From NCBI GenBank assembly GCA_038229915.1, contig JBBRNY010000001.1, positions 102,891 to 166,890 of the forward strand: a stretch of DNA of 64,000 nucleotides, read 5' to 3'. Position 1 is the stretch's first letter, and the number at the start of each line of letters is the position of its first letter. The notes under the pieces were generated by a model that was given only the letters and a program-made list of their open reading frames with translations, ran no database searches and was not told where the DNA came from. The DNA comes from Candidatus Kapaibacterium sp. Its GTDB lineage: Bacteria; Bacteroidota; Ignavibacteria; Palsa-1295. Positions 48,509-58,231 of this stretch are shown here, piece by piece. Made by a program: the position numbers and the translations under genes.

Positions 48509-49983
48509 ATACACTATTTGAATATAGTGGATTTCCCTACTCACAACTTTCTAAGAAGGTGCAGTGGGTTGTCGCGATTGCGATAGTCCTGCTTGCATTT
48601 GTCAGCCAGCTCTTATTCGGTATTGAATATTTTATTATTGCTGGAATTGCGGCAATACTGTGTACTGTATTTTTTCGAAATGAATTCGTTCTTCTTGCAT
48701 CTTACATTTTGGTATTGATTGTTGTCGGGCTTCACGAACGTGAAGAAGCGATGAGTGTAGGCCCGATCGAAATACTCACGGCCTTCATTATGATCGCGGT
48801 ATTGCTGTATGTGGTCTACAAGAAATTAATTTACAAGAGAGATCTTTCTTTTCATCCATCATTATTGTTGATTATTGGATATGTCTTCTGGGCAGCTACC
48901 AGTAGCATCCTCAGTATTGCAAACGAAGATAACACGTTCAATTATGCATTTCGAGAGTTTCTTTCCTTTTCTTCACTGGTAGTATTGCCAGTGCTTATCC
49001 GAGATGTACGAAAAAAATATGATTCATTTGATAAGTATATGTTTTATCTAATGATATTTGGTTGGCTCCTTATTTTAGTGGTTTCTGTACAACATATACG
49101 ATCAACGGTTGCCCAGGCTACATATCTATATGAAACAGGGTTTGCCAGATATGATGTAATGAACAGTTCGGTATTGCTATTACTGTTTCTTGGAATGCTA
49201 ATGCTTGAAGTTAGTTGGAAAAAGCGGATACCATTTTTTATAGGAATGGTGATAGCTGTGGGCGGCATCCTTATTTCATTTGCCAGAACAAGTTGGGTTG
49301 GGATCGTTTTTAGTATTCCTCTGCTAATCTTGGTCTCACCTCGAATGCAAAGAAAAAGAGGGTTTCGTGCAATCCTACTGATGGGAGGAGCCGGATTATT
49401 GGCTTTTGGTATTGTATATTTTTCCTTCCCGTTAATAAAAGCCATAGTTCAATTTTCATTTCAACACTTCACCTCATCCTCAAAAGTTGGTACTGATCCT
49501 TCTTTGGTGAATCGCTACATTGAGTGGGGATATGTATTTAAGCAGATTTTCCAAACCCCGATTACGGGAGTTGGTTTTGGCGGAAGATTTACACTCTATA
49601 ATTGGCTTGGTGGCGTGGTCTATCGAACCGGATACACGCATAACGGAATGATGGTCTTGTTGCTCAAAGGTGGGATTGTTGGTTTGTTCTTGGTGATGAC
49701 AGCATTCATTTCTTTTTTCGTGCTTGGTATTCGCGTAATGATATCCAAAGTGTTGACCGATAAAGAACGAATGATCGCACGGGTTGGGGTAATTTCCATC
49801 GTGTTTATGTTTTTTCACATGATGACATTAGGATTATTCATTCATCGTGAGGTTATGTGGTATCTTGGATTGATCTGGGGGTACTTCATTGCATTTTATG
49901 AGCAAATACAGTCTCATAAGAATGTGCCCAATGCACTCGCTGAGACGGCAATGTTGCTTCCGCCACATGAAAGTTCAAAGTAA
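48505..49983 (+). CDS. O-antigen ligase/polymerase family membrane protein (Wzy-like)
   Basis: About 12 TM helices, with the Wzy_C-like segment (FARTSWVGIVFSIPLLIL) and a large periplasmic loop. Confidence 0.55.
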   Translation: MNTLFEYSGFPYSQLSKKVQWVVAIAIVLLAFVSQLLFGIEYFIIAGIAAILCTVFFRNEFVLLASYILVLIVVGLHEREEAMSVGPIEILTAFIMIAVLLYVVYKKLIYKRDLSFHPSLLLIIGYVFWAATSSILSIANEDNTFNYAFREFLSFSSLVVLPVLIRDVRKKYDSFDKYMFYLMIFGWLLILVVSVQHIRSTVAQATYLYETGFARYDVMNSSVLLLLFLGMLMLEVSWKKRIPFFIGMVIAVGGILISFARTSWVGIVFSIPLLILVSPRMQRKRGFRAILLMGGAGLLAFGIVYFSFPLIKAIVQFSFQHFTSSSKVGTDPSLVNRYIEWGYVFKQIFQTPITGVGFGGRFTLYNWLGGVVYRTGYTHNGMMVLLLKGGIVGLFLVMTAFISFFVLGIRVMISKVLTDKERMIARVGVISIVFMFFHMMTLGLFIHREVMWYLGLIWGYFIAFYEQIQSHKNVPNALAETAMLLPPHESSK

Positions 49984-51496
49984 AGCAAATAGCTCGGGTT
50001 CTTCCCTTCGTCGCACGCTTGCGGGTGGTTTGTTGCTTACGGTTTTGGCGAATGCCTTTTTATATATCGGGCATGTGGTTATCGCGCGTCGGTTGAGTCG
50101 GGAAGAATATGCGATTTTTACAGTAGTCGTTAGTTTTGTATCGCTGATGGCTTTATTTGCCGATCTTGGTCTGACGTTGTTGTTTGTCCGAAAATTTGCT
50201 GAAGCCGATGAGCGCACCCGTGCCGGTGAACATGAGCGCCGTGGCGAACTGCTTGGATCGATGTTGGTCTTACGGATCGGACTTGCCATACTTGTCTCAG
50301 GCGCCGTCTTTGTGATCGCTCCGTTATTAGGATACCCGAACGAGACACAAAAGCTGATGCACATTATGTTGCTGACACTTTTTATTTCTTCTCGGTTGAT
50401 GGTCGTGCGCTCAGTAGGTGAAGCATTTATCAGGGGGCATAACAAATATCATTTCATAGCACTCTTTGCACTGATCGATGCGGCTGTATTCTCATTGGCA
50501 TTGTTTTTTTATGGTGGTGGGAAAACCCTTGACCTCGAAGGCGCAGTATGGATCTATAGTTTATGTCATATCCCCGGTTTCTTGTTGTTGATCTGGCTGA
50601 TCGGTTCATCTGCAAAAGAAATAGGTTTTCGTTTGAGTGTTCATTTCGGAATGTTGTGGGGAATGATACGTGAAGGGCTGCCATTAATTTTTAGTACAGC
50701 ATTTCTTACCATTCATAATTTTGCGGATGCATTGCTTCTTGATAAATTGAGTACACCTCAACAAGTGTCAGCCTATGGAGCAGGCATTAGAATTTTGACA
50801 GCGGTCATTTTCTTGCCAACAGTATTCTCTGCAGTGATCGGTCCTCAAGTCACCCAAGCTATCGTCAGAGGTAATTCAGAACATATCCGAGCTATTGTTG
50901 ACCGAGCATTGCGGCTCTTGTTAGTAACCGCTTTGATAATAGGTCTTTCGCTTACCTGTGCGTCAAACACTATTATCGGTATATTATTTGGTGGTGATAA
51001 ATATGGCGATGCGGCACCGATCGTAATAATGTTTGGCTGGACGTTCTTTCCCATTGTGTTTGCGACGTTTTTATCGGAGCTCGCTATCGCAGAAGGAAAA
51101 CTTTGGATCTCTACACTCTATATGTGTGTGATAATGATCGTTTCAGTCTCGATGGATTTTGTATTGATACCATCATTGGGCGCCTTTGGGGCAGCTACTT
51201 CGAAGTGTATCGCAGTCACGGTTGGTTCGTTTGTACTTCTTATTGCATCAAGACAAATGCACGTCATCGAAGCACGCCGATTTCTTGTGTTCTTGTTAAA
51301 GTGTTGTGTTGCTCTCGGCGTAGCACTATTGGCATATTTTGGTATTCGATCTGCTGTTGAACTCAATGAAATTCTAATGTTAATAGTCGTTCTTGCCGTA
51401 TTCTCGGGTGTGGTGATGGCTTCACGAGCAATAGGATGGGCAGAGGTTCAAAATTTCTTCCAACCTAAACTGGTCAATGATCAGGGTAACGGATGA
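49967..51496 (+). CDS. wzx: Oligosaccharide flippase (Wzx, MOP superfamily)
   Basis: Polytopic ~500 aa with Polysacc_synt-type N-terminal region. In-frame ATG at 49967. Confidence 0.6.
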   Translation: MKVQSKANSSGSSLRRTLAGGLLLTVLANAFLYIGHVVIARRLSREEYAIFTVVVSFVSLMALFADLGLTLLFVRKFAEADERTRAGEHERRGELLGSMLVLRIGLAILVSGAVFVIAPLLGYPNETQKLMHIMLLTLFISSRLMVVRSVGEAFIRGHNKYHFIALFALIDAAVFSLALFFYGGGKTLDLEGAVWIYSLCHIPGFLLLIWLIGSSAKEIGFRLSVHFGMLWGMIREGLPLIFSTAFLTIHNFADALLLDKLSTPQQVSAYGAGIRILTAVIFLPTVFSAVIGPQVTQAIVRGNSEHIRAIVDRALRLLLVTALIIGLSLTCASNTIIGILFGGDKYGDAAPIVIMFGWTFFPIVFATFLSELAIAEGKLWISTLYMCVIMIVSVSMDFVLIPSLGAFGAATSKCIAVTVGSFVLLIASRQMHVIEARRFLVFLLKCCVALGVALLAYFGIRSAVELNEILMLIVVLAVFSGVVMASRAIGWAEVQNFFQPKLVNDQGNG

Positions 51497-52470
51497 ATAG
51501 ATTTGAACAGCTACATATAGACCCATGGTCACCAGAACGGTGGGCGGGGGCAAGCTCTCCATCGGCCCATACTCTTCCTCTGGTAACGATCGGCATTCTA
51601 AATTTTAATAGATGCGATGAATTGCGAAGAACACTCGATGCCGTTACAACAGCAATAGATTATCCATCAATAGAAATTATCGTTGTTGATAATGCTTCGA
51701 CCGATGGAAGCGTTGAGATGGTTGAAAAATTTTTCCCGAACGTTCGAGTTATTGTAATGCCCGAGAATATTGCCACTGCGGCAAGGAATGAATTTTATCG
51801 TGAGGCAAAGGGTAAATATATTTTTTCGTATGACGATGATTCATTCCCGGCAACACCGGCTACCGTCCTCGATGTCGTTCAAATGTTAGAAGAGCGACCC
51901 GAAATTGATGTAGCATCGTTCTATTGTTATCAGCCACTCACATCATTTGTCGAAAGCGGTGGTCTCGAAAAATTCAGCTTTTCGGGTAACCCTCAACATG
52001 GGTATGAGGGTCTTTTTTTTGTTGAAGGCGGTATGTGTGTTCGTCGTGATTCTTTCAAGCGTATTAGTGGCTATGACAAAGAATTTATTTGGGGTGCAGA
52101 AGGTGCAGATCTCGTGCTGCAATTCTACCAGCTCGGAATGAAAACTCTCTATTATCCTGCTTGCGCCACATTACATATGAAATCGCAGCAGAATCGAAAT
52201 ATTGTTCAGAATGTCAAGTTCTTCACTAGAAATTATATTTGGACCATAGGAAAGCATTTCCCGATCGTCATTGCGATCCCATTAGTAGTCTTATATATTC
52301 TCCGCCGTATGGTTGCGATTCTCCTACATCCTTCTTTTGCTTCGGGATATATTCAAGGTATTGTTGATGGGGTTATCGGTTTTGCTAAACAACGCAAGAA
52401 AACCGAAAAATTAACCTTGCGACAAGTTATTGGTTTGAAGCGTTGGTATCTTTTTCTTCTTCGCTGGTAA
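51493..52470 (+). CDS. Glycosyltransferase family 2
   Basis: VTIGILNFNR...VVDNASTDGS, DDD-type motif and C-terminal hydrophobic segment. Confidence 0.75.
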   Translation: MNRFEQLHIDPWSPERWAGASSPSAHTLPLVTIGILNFNRCDELRRTLDAVTTAIDYPSIEIIVVDNASTDGSVEMVEKFFPNVRVIVMPENIATAARNEFYREAKGKYIFSYDDDSFPATPATVLDVVQMLEERPEIDVASFYCYQPLTSFVESGGLEKFSFSGNPQHGYEGLFFVEGGMCVRRDSFKRISGYDKEFIWGAEGADLVLQFYQLGMKTLYYPACATLHMKSQQNRNIVQNVKFFTRNYIWTIGKHFPIVIAIPLVVLYILRRMVAILLHPSFASGYIQGIVDGVIGFAKQRKKTEKLTLRQVIGLKRWYLFLLRW

Positions 52471-52474
52471 CGTC

Positions 52475-53677
52475 TTGCGTATTCTTCAACTTGCCCCCCG
52501 GTTTCCTTTTCCGCTGATCGATGGCGGTGCGATCGGTATTTTTAAACCGACCGAAGCCATTGCTCGGCTCGGACACGAAATTACATTCGTTACTTTTCCT
52601 GATACTGACCAGCAGGTCACAAATGCAGGACTCGAACAACTTCGGTCGTTTGCTCGGGTTGAATTAGTATCGAAGCCGTTGCCATCGAGAAATGCAACGT
52701 TACTTCGGACAATGTTCAAAGGCGCCTACCCGATCGAGCGTCGTATGATGCCAGAAGTGTATGGGTTGCTTGAGCGATTGTTACAAGAATCGAAATATGA
52801 CATCGTTCATATCGACGCCTGTCACATGGGGAAGTATGGGATGTGGCTCAAGGAGAAGTATGGACTTCCGATCGTACTTCGGCAACATAATTTTGAGACG
52901 CAGATCTATCGCCGCTTTGCATCGACCACTTCGAACCCTATTGCGAAATTCGTAGCTTCGATCCATGCAAAAAGGATGCTTGTCGAAGAGACGAAGATCA
53001 TCGCTGGGCATGACCGGGTGATCGCTATCAGCACTGAAGACGAAGCTGAGATGGCTCGATATGTACCAAATGCGCACTACCGCGTTATTCCGGCAGGTGT
53101 TGATACGGATTATTTTAAGCCGCAACAGATTGAAAACAAAGGAAATAGTGTCCTTTGGGTCGGTGGTATGGATTGGGAGCCAAACCGTGATGCCGTTACT
53201 TTTTTTGCGAAGGATATTCTTCCGCTTATTGTTGCAAAGCACCCAGATATAGTCTTTGACATTGTGGGTTCAGGTACTAAGGAGCTTTCAGGAATAGAGG
53301 CAGAATCGGGAGGCAGAATCAGACTTCACGGTCGTGTCCCGGATATTCGACCATATCTTGCCTCGGCAAGTGTTATGGTTTGTCCGCTTCGTGTGGGCGG
53401 TGGGATGCGATTGAAACTTCTTGACTTTTTTGCCGCTGGTAAAGCAGTCGTTTCGACCCATATCGGAGCCGAAGGCAATCTCGGTATTGATAACGAGCAT
53501 ATTTTGCTTCGCGATGAACCGAAGGCTTTTGCCAGTGCAATACTACAGTTATTAGACGATCAGGATTTTGCTCAGCAGATCGGTCGTAATGCGAGAATGC
53601 TCGCAGAAAAGGAATACTCGTGGCAACGGATCGCTCGTGATTTTGTCGGAGTCTATGATGAATTGTTGGGACGTTAA
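52475..53677 (+). CDS. Glycosyltransferase family 4 (GT-B, RfaB-like)
   Basis: N-terminal Glyco_trans_4 and C-terminal Glycos_transf_1 pattern (EGNLGIDNEH...). Confidence 0.8.
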   Translation: MRILQLAPRFPFPLIDGGAIGIFKPTEAIARLGHEITFVTFPDTDQQVTNAGLEQLRSFARVELVSKPLPSRNATLLRTMFKGAYPIERRMMPEVYGLLERLLQESKYDIVHIDACHMGKYGMWLKEKYGLPIVLRQHNFETQIYRRFASTTSNPIAKFVASIHAKRMLVEETKIIAGHDRVIAISTEDEAEMARYVPNAHYRVIPAGVDTDYFKPQQIENKGNSVLWVGGMDWEPNRDAVTFFAKDILPLIVAKHPDIVFDIVGSGTKELSGIEAESGGRIRLHGRVPDIRPYLASASVMVCPLRVGGGMRLKLLDFFAAGKAVVSTHIGAEGNLGIDNEHILLRDEPKAFASAILQLLDDQDFAQQIGRNARMLAEKEYSWQRIARDFVGVYDELLGR

Positions 53678-53679
53678 CA

Positions 53680-54858
53680 ATGATATTGCTCAATGTTGCT
53701 ATCATATTTTGTGCGCTCGTCGTTGGTTATAGCTACTTGCTCTATCCGATGCTTATTCGTGTGCTCGCAAAAAAATATCCTGAGCCATCTATTATAGACG
53801 AGAACTACCTCCCAAGTATTTCTATTATTCTTGCCGTGCACAACGAAGAGCGCGTCATCGAAAGCTGTCTGGCTTCGTTGTTAGCATTGGATTATCCTAA
53901 AGAAAATATTGAGATCCTTATTGGATCTGATGGTTCAAGCGATAGGACCAATGAGATACTCCTGCGATATCAGAGTCAATATCCATATATCAAAGCATTT
54001 TGTTTTTCGGCACAACGAGGAAAGATCGCAGTGCTTAATGATCTCATTACGACCACAACCTCCGAGATACTATTTTGTCTCGATGCTGATATTGAGCTTA
54101 CTCCGAATACGTTACGCGTTCAAGTGCGCCATTTCGCTGATACAAAGATCGGTGCAGTGGCCGGATTATATAAGATCGAAAGCCCTGAAAGTTCTACGCT
54201 TTCACAATCGGAAGTAGAATATGCATCGCTTGATCAGAAAATTAGAACAGCAGAAAGTATTTATCATTCAAGTGTCGGTTTAGGCGGATGCAATTATACA
54301 TTGCGGCGCTCATTGTGGAAGCCATTTCCTGATAACCTCATTCATGATGATCTGTTTGTGTTGCTGTCAGTTCTCGACCAAGGATTTCGTGTTTTTTTCG
54401 AGCCCCTTTCGATTGCTTCCGAGTTATTTGCGCGGAACATTCGAGAAGAATTTCGTCGTAAATCACGATCGGCATCGCGGGGTTTTCATACCTTTTCGTT
54501 TTTTCCGGCGTTGATGTTTCCACGTTCAGGTAAGAGCGCACTACTCTTATGGTCACATAAATTACTTCGTTGGCTTAGCCCGCTATTTGTGATCATTGCT
54601 ATTGTGCTTGCATTGGTTGGATATAATGCCACTTCTGACCTATTTTATCAGATCATTCTCTTAGGAGTTGTCTTCGCGGCTATTATTCTGCTTGTCGGGT
54701 ACGTTGCTGAACGGCGTGGGATCGCGATACCGTTGGTGCGACAATTATCGTGGTTAATTGTTATGAATGCGGCGTATGTTGCCGGTGCGATGAAATATCT
54801 GACCAAAAGCGATCATCAGGTCTGGATGTCTTCGTCACGACCGGAGTTAGAAAAATAA
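53680..54858 (+). CDS. Membrane-anchored glycosyltransferase family 2
   Basis: N-terminal TM, then SIILAVHNEE....LDYP...IEILIGSDGSSD GT2 core; C-terminal TM helices. Confidence 0.7.
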   Translation: MILLNVAIIFCALVVGYSYLLYPMLIRVLAKKYPEPSIIDENYLPSISIILAVHNEERVIESCLASLLALDYPKENIEILIGSDGSSDRTNEILLRYQSQYPYIKAFCFSAQRGKIAVLNDLITTTTSEILFCLDADIELTPNTLRVQVRHFADTKIGAVAGLYKIESPESSTLSQSEVEYASLDQKIRTAESIYHSSVGLGGCNYTLRRSLWKPFPDNLIHDDLFVLLSVLDQGFRVFFEPLSIASELFARNIREEFRRKSRSASRGFHTFSFFPALMFPRSGKSALLLWSHKLLRWLSPLFVIIAIVLALVGYNATSDLFYQIILLGVVFAAIILLVGYVAERRGIAIPLVRQLSWLIVMNAAYVAGAMKYLTKSDHQVWMSSSRPELEK

Positions 54859-54868
54859 TATTGTTTAT

Positions 54869-56302
54869 ATGAGCAGAAGAAAAGAACTCATCAGTCTGTT
54901 GCTTGGCGATCTACTCGCCATCACCGGCTCGTGGTTCTTATTCTATTGGCTGCGTTTTTTTTCCGGGTTATTTATCGTGCGTCCTGGGTTGGAATTTGAT
55001 GTTCCGCACGTACTTCAAAGTTCGATCTTTATTTATTTTTTCTGGTTTGTTGCATTTTTATTTTTTGGTCTTTATCGGTCGTGGTACGTTCGCCCGATCT
55101 TTGATGAGATCGTCACGGTTTTAAAAACAGAAGCATTCGGAACAGTCGTGTTTATGATCGTGGTACTTTGGGATCCACTAACACCGAACGAAATCTCCAC
55201 ACCGACTCGCAATGATCCGAGGTTATTAGGTTTGTTATACTTCGGGTGTATTACCGTTTTAACAGTTTCTGTTCGGTTGCTTGTTCGATATACCCAACGG
55301 AGATTGCTTGAAGCAGGTATTGGTCTCCGTCCAGCAATTATTGTCGGCGAGGGTATAAAAGCCCAGCAACTGGCGCACAATCTTTCTCGGGCAAAACGTC
55401 TCGGCTATGAGGTCTTGGGCTACGTGAGCGCGAACGGAATTGATGATACGCAACCTGTTCAGGAATTACAGCGGCTTGGTACATTTGCAACGCTTGAGCA
55501 AGTGATCAGCGAAAAAAACATTAAGGAAGTATTGATCGCATTAGATTCGGGAGAGCATCATCGTCTTCTCGATCTTCTCGGTAGGCTTTCGGCACAGAAT
55601 GTCGGGATGAAGATCGTCCCCGATCTCTATGATATTATCTCGGGGCAAGCACGCACGAGAGAGATCTATGGCTTTCCGCTGATCGATATTAATCCCGAGA
55701 TCATGCGCCCTTGGGAGGAAGTGACCAAGCGTATCATGGATATTGTGATCAGTGCTGTTATTATTGTTGTTGGGTTTCCTGTTTGGGTTCTTGTTGCACT
55801 TGCGGTCGGGCTTACCTCAAAGGGTCCGATCTTTTATACGCAAGAACGTGTCGGAAAAAATGGCGAGGTATTTGCGATCTATAAATTTCGTTCGATGACC
55901 ATTGATGCCGAAAAAGATGGGCTACCTCAATGGGCACAAAAAAATGACCCCCGGGTGACAACACTCGGAAAATTTTTGCGTAAGACACATCTTGACGAGG
56001 TACCACAGTTTTGGAATGTACTCAGTGGGGATATGTCATTAGTGGGTCCAAGACCGGAACGTGAGTATTTTGTACTTCAACTGACAAAAGAATTACCATA
56101 TTATCGTCGCCGCCTCAAAGTTCGTCCCGGTATCACGGGGCTCTATCAGGCAATGGTGCATAAGTATGACGAAAATATGGACGATGTGCGAAACAAATTA
56201 AAGCATGATCTGCTCTATATCGAGTCGATGTCGTTTCGGCTCGATATAAAAATTCTATTTCGTACGGCATATATGATGATCAAAGGGAAAGGACAAGCAT
56301 AA
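54869..56302 (+). CDS. Undecaprenyl-phosphate sugar phosphotransferase (WbaP/EpsE-type polyprenyl glycosylphosphotransferase)
   Basis: Four or five N-terminal TM helices, a CoA-binding-like linker, and the C-terminal catalytic domain (KGPIFYTQERVGKNGEVFAIYKFRSM...DEVPQFWNVLSGDMSLVGPRP). Confidence 0.85.
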   Translation: MSRRKELISLLLGDLLAITGSWFLFYWLRFFSGLFIVRPGLEFDVPHVLQSSIFIYFFWFVAFLFFGLYRSWYVRPIFDEIVTVLKTEAFGTVVFMIVVLWDPLTPNEISTPTRNDPRLLGLLYFGCITVLTVSVRLLVRYTQRRLLEAGIGLRPAIIVGEGIKAQQLAHNLSRAKRLGYEVLGYVSANGIDDTQPVQELQRLGTFATLEQVISEKNIKEVLIALDSGEHHRLLDLLGRLSAQNVGMKIVPDLYDIISGQARTREIYGFPLIDINPEIMRPWEEVTKRIMDIVISAVIIVVGFPVWVLVALAVGLTSKGPIFYTQERVGKNGEVFAIYKFRSMTIDAEKDGLPQWAQKNDPRVTTLGKFLRKTHLDEVPQFWNVLSGDMSLVGPRPEREYFVLQLTKELPYYRRRLKVRPGITGLYQAMVHKYDENMDDVRNKLKHDLLYIESMSFRLDIKILFRTAYMMIKGKGQA

Positions 56303-56305
56303 GGG

Positions 56306-57457
56306 ATGAGCACTATAATAGATCAACAAATAGTAAGACCCGTACACATGGTTGATGTGATCGGTCAATATAAACGCTATCAAAGTGAAATTGATGAAGC
56401 GATGATGTGTGTCGTCAAGAGCGGTGCGTATATTAACGGACCCGCTGTTAAACAATTTGAGAGAAATATGGAATCGTATCTTGGTGTGAAGCATGCTATT
56501 GCTTGCGCCTCGGGTACCGATGCATTACAAGTTGCGCTGATGGCGATCGGTATTAAACCGGGTGATGAGATCATTACATCTCCGTTTACTTTTGTTGCAA
56601 CAACCGAGACGATCGCATTGCTTGGCGGAATTCCGGTCTATGTTGATATTGATTCCGAGACATTTAATATCGATGTTGAGCGCATAGCCGAACGGATCAC
56701 ACCTCGTACCAAAGCGATATTACCGATCCATATTTTCGGGCAGCCAGCAAATATGACTCGAATTATTGAGATCGCAAAAGCACACAACATTTATGTGATC
56801 GAAGATGCTGCACAAGCGGTTGGTGCAAAATGGGATAACCAAAATGCTTGTACGTTTGGAGACATTAGCTGCATCTCGTTCTATCCTTCAAAAAATCTTG
56901 GTGCTTTTGGCGACGCTGGGATGATCACCAGTGACAATGACGAACTCGCCGCAATTATTCGTTCGATCTGTAATCATGGCGCATCGGTCACCTACCATCA
57001 CGATAGGCTTGGAGTGAATTCGCGTTTAGATTCGATACAGGCGACGATCCTTGACGTGAAATTAAAATATCTTGATGAGTGGAATGCTCGCCGCCGCGAA
57101 GTGGCTGATCTCTATTCATCGCTGTTCGCTCCGTATGCTGATCTGATCACGACTCCGGTTACTGACCCGAGCGCAACGCATATTTGGCATCAATATTCAA
57201 TTCTCCTTGGGACCAATCGTGACGCGGTGATGGCGGCACTCAAAGTAAAAGGTATTCCAACGAGTATTTATTATCCGATCCCGCTTCATTTACAGCCGGC
57301 ATATTCATCATACGGTTCGAAGCAAGGGGATTATCCTCATTCTGAAAACACTTCTGCACATATCCTCGCACTGCCGATGCACTCGGAGCTCAGTGATGAC
57401 GATGTGCATTATATTGCAGATCATATCATTCAAACGGTCAACGAACTATGTCGCTAA
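56306..57457 (+). CDS. DegT/DnrJ/EryC1/StrS-family PLP-dependent sugar aminotransferase
   Basis: Typical blocks (AIACASGTDALQVALMA, ITSPFTFVATTE, SFYPSKNLGAFGDAG). Confidence 0.85.
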   Translation: MSTIIDQQIVRPVHMVDVIGQYKRYQSEIDEAMMCVVKSGAYINGPAVKQFERNMESYLGVKHAIACASGTDALQVALMAIGIKPGDEIITSPFTFVATTETIALLGGIPVYVDIDSETFNIDVERIAERITPRTKAILPIHIFGQPANMTRIIEIAKAHNIYVIEDAAQAVGAKWDNQNACTFGDISCISFYPSKNLGAFGDAGMITSDNDELAAIIRSICNHGASVTYHHDRLGVNSRLDSIQATILDVKLKYLDEWNARRREVADLYSSLFAPYADLITTPVTDPSATHIWHQYSILLGTNRDAVMAALKVKGIPTSIYYPIPLHLQPAYSSYGSKQGDYPHSENTSAHILALPMHSELSDDDVHYIADHIIQTVNELCR

Positions 57458-58197
57458 CACGAGCTCTGATCATCATTCCAACCTACAACGAGATCGACAA
57501 CGTCGAGAATATCGTTCGTGCAGTGTTGGAACAAGAAAAAAATACACCTGATGTACAACTCTCTGTCCTGATCGTCGATGATAATTCGCCCGACGGGACT
57601 GCTGCTGTTGTAAAAAAACTCCAGGAAGATCCGGCACTCGGACCGGAGCGAGTACACTTACTTTCACGCCCCGGAAAGATGGGACTTGGGACAGCGTATG
57701 TTGAAGGTTTTCGATATGGCTTGTCTCATACGTTCGATTATATTTTTGAAATGGATGCCGACTTCTCACACGACCCCGAGGAGATCCCAAATTTTTTACG
57801 CGAAATAAAATCGTATGATGTCGTACTCGGCTCGAGATACATTACCGGTGCCAATGTCGCTAATTGGCCGCTGAGAAGATTACTACTTTCGTATTATGCC
57901 AATAAATATGCACGTATTGTTACAGGACTGAAAGTCTATGATACGACGGGCGGCTTCAAGTGCTTTCGTCGTGAAGTGCTCGAGTCTATTGATCTTAATG
58001 GTATTCATTCGAACGGATATGCCTTTCAGATCGAAATGAATTTTAGGGCTTGGCGCAAAAAATTTCGCATTAAAGAAATTCCGATCGTTTTTGTTGATCG
58101 CCGCGCCGGTACCAGCAAGATGAACAAGTCTATCGTTCGTGAAGCAGTATTGTTGGTCTGGAAGCTAAAACTGAAAACGATCTCCGGTGAATTATAA
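57448..58197 (+). CDS. Polyprenol-monophosphate sugar synthase (DPM1/ArnC-like GT2, soluble form)
   Basis: IIIPTYNE.DN, VDDNSPDGT and GSRY motifs of the dolichyl/polyprenyl-phosphate mannose/glucose synthase family; 249 aa without TM. Confidence 0.75.
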   Translation: MSLTRALIIIPTYNEIDNVENIVRAVLEQEKNTPDVQLSVLIVDDNSPDGTAAVVKKLQEDPALGPERVHLLSRPGKMGLGTAYVEGFRYGLSHTFDYIFEMDADFSHDPEEIPNFLREIKSYDVVLGSRYITGANVANWPLRRLLLSYYANKYARIVTGLKVYDTTGGFKCFRREVLESIDLNGIHSNGYAFQIEMNFRAWRKKFRIKEIPIVFVDRRAGTSKMNKSIVREAVLLVWKLKLKTISGEL

Positions 58198-58231
58198 AGT
58201 GAATTGTCATCATCGTTACGATTAGCCCTTA

